Part shown: positions 54,701-64,000 of the stretch, in pieces | Layout of the letters: each line of letters begins with the position of its first letter | Numbering within the stretch: position 1 is the first letter of the stretch | Origin: Blasia pusilla | Taxonomy: Eukaryota | Direction: 5' to 3' | Length of the DNA: 64,000 bases | NCBI GenBank assembly: GCA_050084515.1 | Contig: CM114271.1 | Location: 43,834,001-43,898,000, forward strand | Notes under the pieces: model-generated | The model's database searches: none | Told to the model about the DNA's origin: nothing | What the model saw: only the letters and a program-made list of their open reading frames with translations | Translations under genes and position numbers: made by a program

Positions 54701-57700
54701 ATACCTCTGATAGTAGTTCGCCAATCCCATGAATGCCCGAACTCTGCTCACATCTACCGGACGCAGAATAAGTGCAATAGCCTCCACCTTTGCTTGCTGA
54801 ACTCCCAAACCACCTAGATAGATCACATGACCCAAGTGCTCAACATCCTCATGGAAGAACTTACACTTCCTGGATGCAAACGTAGACCATGAGCTTTCAA
54901 CCGCTCAAACATAATCTGCAAATGTATCTGATGCTCCTCCACCGTGTTACTGAATACCAAGATATCATCAATGTAACACCGAACAAAATCCAACCCTGCT
55001 AGGATCCTGTCCATCACTCTTTGAAACTCGGCAGGTACATTCTTCAACCCAAAGGGTCAGAATTTCCACTGGTACAAACAATCCTTGCCATGAGAGTTGA
55101 CACCCCAAAATGCTGTCTTGGCCTTGTCACTCGCCCGAATCGGCAATTGATGGTATCCTGCCCGAAGATCCAAAGTACTGAAAATCTTTGCCTGTCCCAC
55201 CACATCAAAGATCTCCTCAGGTGTAGGCATGGCATACATATTGGCCTTCGTTTGCCGATTCATAGGAAGGTAATCTCCACACATCCGCCTATCCGTGTAG
55301 TTGCCATGCATATCCTTTTTAGCAGGCATGACAGTGGCTGATGCATACTCTCTATGCAACAACTCCACTAATCCACCCTCCAAAAGGTCCAACGTGCTAC
55401 TCTGAATCAGGTCCCTCTCCATATCACTATATCGGTAGGGACGACGGAAGATTGGCGTATCACTAGCCAAATCAATCCGTATACCGAGTCCAACCAAAGC
55501 ACCCAACTCCTTCATGCTAAAGGCAAAACAACTCCTATAAGCACGTAGGAACTGTGTTAAGCGTCGTTTCTCACCACTCGTAAGCTTGGGCCCAAGTAAT
55601 GGCTCCCAAGTCTCCTCCACTGGCACACTAGAGGGAGAGGATGATGCCATTGGCTGCTATGCAACCCCCTCACAAGATGGTACACCCTTAGCTACACCAT
55701 CATCTGAGCAAATAATTCCTCCACCAGCATGAGCAACCAACTCCACATGCCCAGCCATAACATCTCATTTACTCCAAGGATGCAAAATACTACTTTCCTC
55801 GGCCCCAGCCGATGCCTCTACCATCTCGGTAGCCATCGAACTCATTACAAGGGGTGGAAGACCCACAAACATAGTCCGAAGTCGACGCTGCTCGGCCATA
55901 CCAAGACTCAAAATCCAAGTCAAACAATTCAGGTCCATGGCCTAACCCAACACATGACGTCGTGAAGCCTTAGAAATGGAAGCAACCGCTATCACGCCAG
56001 TAGCAAATCCCATTGCACGCTCTCTCTCATCAGCGTTAGGCTCCACCAACTGTCGCACATGAGAATTCCAAACAAGCCCGGGACCACCTTCCTATAGGCA
56101 TGTGACGAGGGAAAACTCATAAATTTGGGTAGTGCCATCCTAGGCTGGCCCACACAGTTCACCACTGCCATGGGTGACCGATCAATAACCCTCACCACTT
56201 GAGAAAGTCGCCCAGTATCCAAGATACTATCCACTGTAAGGCAAGGATCCTGCTGCAGTGCATCATATGCTCGACGTAGAACCTCCCTAGGCAAAAAGTT
56301 TGTCCACCACAAACGTGGACGATGTGCACGCGAGCCAACTCGCGCTGCATCCAACAACACCGCTGGTCCAATCCAAGACCGCACCTCATGAACACTCGCC
56401 ATCATCCGGGTCCAAGTGTCACCCAACAATGGAACATTCTCTAGAATGTAAGCTGGAGCATGTGCCTGATGAACCCGAAGATGTTGTAACACCCGTAACA
56501 TCTCCCAAAACAATCGAGACCTAGGGTCGTGTAATCCCTCATCACGACTAACACGTGTATGATCCTGACATGGCCATCCAGCAATCACCAAATCCACAAG
56601 ACCAACCCTCTCAAGGTCCTCCGCCCCCAACAATGCAATGTGTGACGGCAAAGCACGTTGGTACCCACAAATAGCTGATGGCGGCAACAACTCAGGATAT
56701 CTCCGCATCCACTGACCAATATGTCGGGATGAGACTCTCTGGGCCGTTTCATCTCATTCCACATACACGTTTCTCCGCATAGGAATATCGGCCTGCAACA
56801 CTGCAGCCAAACCAGTGCTAATCCCACCAAAGAGATGTAACACACAAATGCCCTCCGGCGGATACTGCCATACAATGGGTGTAGTATCCAAAGGGGATAA
56901 CCCAACTGGACCAGAAGTAGGAGTCCGCCATGGGGCCTCCTCTTCCTCGTGAGGTATAACAACCTCACACCAAGCCTCCTGCACCAGGCGATCAGCCTCC
57001 TGCCGTAGTGCACCGCCTGAACTCCAAAGTGGCACATCCAACGATGAGGATGCCATTGCTGCAAAACTAGGGACCTCCTCTACCTCCTCATGCACAGGAG
57101 AATCCATAGCATAAACATTACCCTCCAAAAAGTCTCTTGGCCAAGTGACTACTCCACTAAAACCAGCCACAGATGCTAACACTGTTGGGGAAGAACCTCC
57201 TGGTCGAGCCCCATAAATAAATCTCACAGGAACTTGGCTCATACGTCCATCACCGGACTACCAACCAGATCTATAAGATGCTGTCTCAGTCCAGTAATCC
57301 ATCTGAAAACCCATCGGGTACAATACTGCTCCTCCAACTAGTACATCATACGACTCGGATGATGTGACCACTACAGGTACTCCCAACCGGGAGCTATCAG
57401 TCGCATGATCTGGTCTCAACTGTACAGAGAACTTCTCCCGTGTCATGAATTGAGACCTATCATTGGATCCTCCAAGTGATGTTTGAATCTAGAATGGGCA
57501 AGGCTCAAGCTCTCACCTCCGAATACCCAAACCAATACATGCCGCTTTTCCCAACATCAAAGGTTGGGCACCCGAGTTTAACAAGACTCTATCTGGTCTA
57601 TACACCTGTCCTGTAGGACTCACCAATCGGAATATCCCACTCCGGTTGTCCAACATACATACACCAGGTGTAAGCCTCTCATGATCAATGGCTAGCCGGG

Positions 57701-60700
57701 CTGGTAATGCATCCATCTTTGTCGCTGTTGCCTGCCAAGTAGCATTGGTACTCAATGCTATACCTAACATAGAGGGTTGCTCCACTGCAACACCCTCATC
57801 CACCTCAGCTTGTGTAGCAGTAACACCCCCACGTTCCCACAACGTGGATGCTAGCTGAAATACAAGAGCTAAGTCAACTCCTAAAGCCATCAGCTCCGTG
57901 GCCGAAAACAATGGAGATCCCAACACTGAAGTTGCCATCCGCAATATTGCACTCGATGCTGCATTCGTGTCTACTACACGCAATGTAGATGCCTCAGTCC
58001 CCACTGTCGGCTCAATAGGCTACGTAGGAACCATGGATGGAGTCCTAAGCACCTCAGACAACAAGAATGACTGGGAAAGCCTAGCCTGCCTCCCAGCCTC
58101 ACCCCTCTGTGGGTCCAACTCCAGAGTAGCACCACGTGGCTTTGACGCTCGAGTGGCTCCTCTCGTAACTGCAGCTGATGCCTCAACCTGTGCTGCACTT
58201 GCCATATAAGAGAGATCATACCCTCCATAAGAGGTGGAAGCCCCTACTCCCAAACCTGATCTAAGCTGGATACTAGCCATAGTAGCCAACTTTTGCTCCA
58301 ATTGCTCAATCCTGGCAGCCATAGCTGACTCTGTCGTAGTGGTAGGGGTAGCCACTGTAGGCTCTCCAACCACTGGTCCACCTCTACCATCCCTACCACC
58401 TCTACCACCTCGGCCTCTCGGAGCTACTCTACCACGGCCGCGGCCTGATCTCAACTCTGGATGAAGATCAAAGCAACGCTCTCGAGGATGAGCTCGTCTC
58501 CCGCAATGATCACACTGAGTTGGGCCGGACTGAGGCCCGTCCTCCAAAGTCCATCTCCCATCCTCTTGGGGACAAAACTTCCTAACATGATTACCTCCAT
58601 ATGTCCAACATGACTATCCTTGCTGCGGGGCAGCAAATGAAGGCAATGGTCTCTACGCAAGTGTCCCTCTAGGACCTGACTGAGGTCGTGTGTATCCCCC
58701 ACGACTCCCACTACTACTACAACACTGTGAGATGGGCTGCTGAACACGAGAAGTAGTAGTTGTATCCCTACTTGATGCGGATGTCACCACTCTCTCCTTC
58801 ACCATGTTAAGCTCAATTTTCTCAAATAGAGCAAACACATAAGTCAATGTGGGTGAACCATCACTCATAAGAGTAGCATCACGTACCCTGCGGCGCAACT
58901 CTCTATCCAAGATCCCATACCAAAACTGGATTGCCTGAGCCCCGTCACACCCTGGGTAACTCAAATCAAGCGTCGCATACGAGTGTATGCCTCACGAAGA
59001 CTCTCACCAGTCTTTCGCTCAAATTCGTGAAGACTCCTCAACTTCTCTGTCTTCACTCCCTGATAGTTCTTCTTCAACCTCTTGAAGAACTCTGCAACTG
59101 GGTTGAACGATCGTGGGGCACTAGTACCTCCATTGGTATCCCCACTCCGGCTCGTACTCGTACCACTCAACGTCCGGTTGGTTGGCATAGTAAGAGCACT
59201 ACTACCAATACCACCATGGGTCATAGACACATAGCTTGGAGACCAATATTGTCTCCACGCCTCAATCTTAGCAACATGGTCCTTCCTAAACTCATGGTAA
59301 GCATCCATGGGTGGTCCCTCCAAGTGCTGAAACAACCCCTTCCAAGCCAAGAAGGATGTAAACAACGTGGCATTCCGCAACATCTGCATATCACACCACG
59401 TATTAAACTCCTGCATGAAGTCCTCCAACTCAATGGTGCCCACTACACCGAGTATTGTCGTGGGCCCTTCATGGCCGCATATATCCCGTCCATGTCCCAA
59501 ATCAATGGAGCTGCAACACTCGATAACAACGTAGAAGACTCGGTGTTTGGAACACCCTCGTCCTCCTCTTCATCAACCGTCGGAAGTGGAAAAGGTAGCC
59601 GAGACCTCAATCCAATCCGTGTGAAACCACCACTGTCCGCACCACGTTCCCCAACCAGACCACCAGACAGCTCCGTGATGACCAACGCCGATGCCGCACC
59701 ACCACAAATTACCACCACTAAGTAACCAAGTGACGTCGATGTCGTTGTACTATTCTAGCTCTACTAGCTATGGGTGTAGGCAACCTAACCTGTCAGCACC
59801 ACAAGAAGCCTCCCACGGTCTACTCGTCATCACTCCAGCCTCACTACCGGTAGCACACAGGAGTAATACTACTCTGGAAATCAGCGTTAACCCTAACAAT
59901 GGGCGCGCAAGCAAGAAGCAACGATGGAGGAGATCCAAACACAGAAGTCCAACAACAATCCTCCAATCGCAAATGGAACTCAAGGTAACACAATCCACCA
60001 AACGTGGCGCCCCCTGAATCCACAAAACCCACCATACAATTCTAACGCAATAGCTACTCCGCCGCGGGTCGATGACATGCTAATGGGACTTGCAGCACCT
60101 GAAAATATCACCTGCATGGAGAGGCTACACCGTACTATGCGCTAGAGGTCCATCAACCAAAAAACTTGAGATGCATAAAGCGCCTAACACATCTCCGAAT
60201 AACACCAAATGAGCTACACCAGTGTGTACACTAGCATAGTTAAGAACTCAGCAGTTAAGCTCTAGGAAGAATAGCCCAAATATGGGTGACCAGTTATGCA
60301 ACACTCAAATCAAAAATCCTACAAAAACTGTCTCACGCCCAAGCAAGCAAGCAAGCTTGCTTGCTTGCTCCTTGCTCCTTACTCCGCCTCTCACGCCCAC
60401 TTGCCCCGAGCTACCACCAGTTGCCTCGGAGCCTCAAAACGCCGAGACATGCCCCGTTCGCCATGCTTCGCTATGGAGAGAGGCCCAACCAGGGCGCCCC
60501 CAACGGGATAGGCATCTCCAACAACGAATGAGTCACCAACCAACCAGCCCCTCCGATCCGCTGTCCGCCATAGCCAGACCTTGAGCTAGTCCGCAAAATT
60601 TTGATTAGCAATTACTGCACAAATCCTCAACCAAAATTGAATCTGTTTCAACCAGAGTTCAATTGACCACCATAGCTATCTCTCCACAAAAAATCAGCTA

Positions 60701-61554
60701 CAACCAAGCTCTGTACTCCGAGCTAAAAATCAGACAAACTTGTTGTCCATACACCTCCAGAATCGCATATCCGACAGCGCTTCTGCCCAAATTCATGCAC
60801 GCAGAAATCCGCAACGCTCCACACACTCGAGCAGATAGCTTCACATGAGATCACAATACAAGTAGCAATAGGAACCTCTCACCTGATTTGGATGAACTTC
60901 AACAGAGCTTCCGCACTCCAAGCTCTCCACATCTGAAAACGGTTGAACACGAACCAGAATCTTCAATCCTTGATAACTTCCAACTCCCTTGACAAAATCC
61001 GGCGATCTAAAGCGCATTGGAAAGCTCTCAGCAAGGCGCTTCTTTCCCAACCAACCACATACCAGATTCCCACCTCCAACATAGGCCACAAGCCACGAAC
61101 ATCCACGGCTGAGTACACAATCAGCCCTAACCAGATCCTACTGATCCACTATCGAAGCTACCATCGATCTACTCTAGTTCTTTGAGTGAAATCCGTGAAA
61201 GACCTACTGTCATAAAACACAAATAGAATCACATACAATCGAGCCAGATCCACTCCACGATGGGAGAATCCAGGTCGAAGCTTGCGGGAACCACCATAGC
61301 CAAGAGCTCTACTCACTACCAAGGCTAACTCCCAACGCAACAAGCTCAACTCAAAGAACTAACTGTTCTTTGAGTGCACTCCATACTATATCCTCCAACC
61401 TAAGAGCGGGCCCTATTGGAAAAGTCACCCTCAATTGAGTAATCCCCAACCCTATGTATGAAACCGCATCTCTACCTACACACTACGGCCCTACATAAGG
61501 TATTGCCTCTACTAGCACCCTATACTCTACGACATAATCCGTATGGTCATGACA
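51797..61554 (-). mobile_element. Split-direct-repeat DNMT/PHD gypsy-type retrotransposon (copy C, most complete, same subfamily as A)
   Basis: A1 61187-61554, PPT 52366-52377, B1 52256-52365, A2 51886-52253, B2 51797-51885. gag 58020-59500 with CCHC knuckles and RGG, protease ~57250-57600, MTase 55900-56860, RT with YIDD 54823-55650, RNase H 54020-54607, integrase+PHD 52539-53765. About 16 differences in 368 bp between A1 and A2 by manual count. Confidence 0.95.
55900..56860 (-). pseudogene. C5 cytosine DNA methyltransferase domain of copy C (DNMT3-like motif order)
   Basis: ICVLHLFGGISTGLAAVLQA..YVE; DLVIAGWPCQD; DPRSRLFWEMLRVL; YILENVP; DAARVGSRAHRPRLWWTN; motif IX/X region after frameshifts. 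Confidence 0.92.
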
Positions 61555-62457
61555 ACTCCGTCCTAGGTGATTGACATCACGAGAGAGGCTGAAGGTCAGA
61601 GGACAAGTTTCCTTACGGGAAGAATATGCACCTCAGGAGACTCGGTACTTACGCCAATGTGACTTGGTTTCGATCAGGTCTCCATGTGACTAGGTCCCCA
61701 TGTTTGCACACTCACTTCTCCAATCAAAGTGCGTGGCCAAGAAGATTTATATGATATGAGGAGGGTTTCTCAAACCCCTTCCTCTTTTAATCATATAGAT
61801 ATATATGGCTCTTCCTAGTTTTGCATGAGTGTAGAAGTGATGAACTAATTTAACCCTTTATTATTGAATTTAATTTACCCAGTTATTAATCTCTTACATC
61901 AAGCGAGCGATCTCCAATTGTTTCTCTCTCGTAACTAGCGATGTAACGAAATTCGTTAAGGTTTATTAATTATACAGCTTTCACGGACTACTTTTGAAGC
62001 TTCGGGGCTGCCAGTTGGCAGCAAGCCAGCCTCAGAAAGAGGGCAGCGATCCACATACCGTCAATCCCATTTGCACTTATTCTTCTACATGGTGCTTGGA
62101 TTTCAATTCTGCGTCGCGTTTGAAATTTCTCACGCGGAAGTTATGTGGCGTACGTTACTTTCGTGCTCGAGAGTTTTGAACTCACCTGCCTTGGAATTGA
62201 ACTTGCTCTGGAAGAAAAATGGAAGTGGCATCGGAACTCTTTACGGGCTTCAGTGAGCCTGAATCTTTTGAGACGAGACGGTTGAGATCGGTGTGAACCA
62301 TACTCAAAATTTGGCGCGGGCTCATGAGAGTTTGCAGCTGAGACTGAGACTACAGAGGTTTTATTGTGGGCGTCCCGGAAAGCGGCCGTGTGTGGTACTG
62401 AAAGAACACCGCATTTTCTTAAATTTTCCCCACAATTTGTCGACAAGTTTCATTGCA

Positions 62458-63883
62458 ATGGCCACACTCGAACCAGGAATTGCAGTTTTGTCCTCGTCGA
62501 ACGGAATTTCACAGAGATCGCACGGACTTGCCGTGACAGCGTTGCCTTCTCGAACCAGTTCATTCTTCCGGCGCGTCGTTCACCTTCAGACTCGAGGGGT
62601 CGAACAGCTGATGGTGGGAATGAAAGACCATGGCCGTCGGAAAAGATCAACGCGTGGATACGATAGCGTTATAGCTGGACTGGAGCAATTCTCCTCTGAT
62701 GATTTCCAAGTGGAACGTCTGCTTTCGACTTACGGCTACATCAATGTCTCCAGGTGATTTCTTTGACTCGGTCCTTCCCACAAAGCCGAATTGGCCTCTT
62801 CTAAGCTTCTGCTCTAGTGCGTAGCTCATTTTGATCTCTCTTGTGCACTCAGGCGAGCTCCACGGCTTACATTGATCAATGCGTCCTTTCTCTTTTCTTC
62901 CTTCTTCTCGCAGTGACTTTGAGAAGAGTAAATTCGATTCGAATGTGGATAACCTTTCTTTTTTCCCTGCCTTGATTGCGACGACGTTGTTGCTGAGAAG
63001 GAAATCGGATTTGATAATTCAGTAAGAATTATGTATGTGATGTGGTGGAGGGAAACGTAATACGTCGAGTCTTCTTGTGGACAATCGGATCTACGAGACA
63101 GCGAAGATAGCTTTGTGGTGGGGTACTAGAGATCGCCGCGCATTTACCAGGGGATCCACTTTGCTTCAGTGCCTTGTTTTGGAATTCTCAGACTCAATTG
63201 CGTCGATTTTAGAGTGCGATGTGTTCTGGAAATTTCTCCTTAGCGCTGGAAGTAGAGTACAGTCAAAGGTCGTCTATTCAATTTGAATTAATTTTTAACG
63301 AATTTACTAAATTCCGATGGAGACCGTGAGTCAAGTAAGTGAGACGATAACTTCATGGACGAACTCACTCGTAGGAAAGAATTGAACTTTTAATTAGATC
63401 CGGGCCGTGTTGGATTATCTTCTTAGTTGCTCTCATGCCCCGGGAATGTGGAGACTAACTTTGGATTTTCCGACGCTGTTTCTCTTTCAGAGATTCTAGC
63501 TCTTAGGGGTTCATGTCTTTCCCCAATATGAGCAGCTTGTCAGCTATTTTTTTCAAACTGTTGGAGTGTCCCTTGTATTGGTTTTATCCCCCAGGCCTTA
63601 TTCCCCTTTTTTTTATTTAATATAGTTTTACAGTTTTCTTCATGAGGTCTATTTCTCTGTGTTCTGTTCGATATAAAGGTGGTTACTTCATTATGACTCG
63701 CCAGTTTCCAGGCAATCAATTAAAAGACTACTAATGAGGTCAAATTGATTTTCCTTGCAGCTATGTAGGGCCCCAACCTAGGAACGGATTGGGAGGCCTT
63801 GAGAACCTGGCAGCTGGTTTGGATCGGAGAGATATGAATCAAATGAGTGGAATACAAATGGGCGAGGGAGGTGTTCAAACGAG
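62458..63883 (+). CDS. 5' exons of a putative plastid-targeted protein, possibly protein-kinase-like. Continues beyond the window
   Basis: Exons 62458-62753 and 63761-63883 join in phase 2 (YGYINVSSY..MGEGGVQTR). Transit-peptide-like N-terminus. The kinase-like call is from recall only; no kinase motif lies in the window. Confidence 0.6.
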
Positions 63884-64000
63884 GTGCTTGGAAACTCTGT
63901 CGTGTCTTTTTGTAGCTATGCTTCTATATTGGAGACATCCCCTTTTGGTTTAGACAGCACTAAATTTTATTTCCTGTTTGGTGTTTTCTATCCCTTCCTC

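Noticed and set aside
55900-56860. Host DNMT3 gene or bacterial restriction-modification contamination
   Set aside because: Intronless and embedded at the same pol position in three TE copies; no cognate nuclease
58931-59725. Long antisense ORFs opposite gag (also 11380-12042, 30326-31096)
   Set aside because: No recognisable domain and not conserved in frame between copies; likely shadows

Overview
This is eukaryotic nuclear DNA, probably from a bryophyte (moss-like land plant). That assignment is inferred from GT-AG intron genes with plastid-type N-termini, a plant iMet PBS and the TE repertoire. Three host genes (a putative plastid membrane protein, a DnaJ-domain protein and the 5' end of a putative plastid protein) sit among nested, decayed retroelements. 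The main finding is three copies (two subfamilies) of an unusual Ty3/gypsy-type retrotransposon. Its polyprotein runs gag(CCHC,RGG)-protease-C5 DNA cytosine methyltransferase (DNMT3-like)-RT-RNaseH-DDE integrase-PHD finger. Instead of normal LTRs it has split direct repeats, A1-internal-B1-A2-B2. The genomic ends (TGTCA...CGACA, 4-bp TSD) are repeated internally as a CGACA-NN-TGTCA junction. It has no tRNA PBS, but has a co-varying self-priming complementarity. This layout is what would result from integrase opening a 2-LTR circle at an att site inside the LTR. Solo A-B units with 4-bp TSDs, a conventional chromovirus with intact LTR/PBS/PPT/TSD, a decayed copia and a recurrent 1-kb solo LTR family are also present. 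All retroelement ORFs carry stops, frameshifts or deletions.
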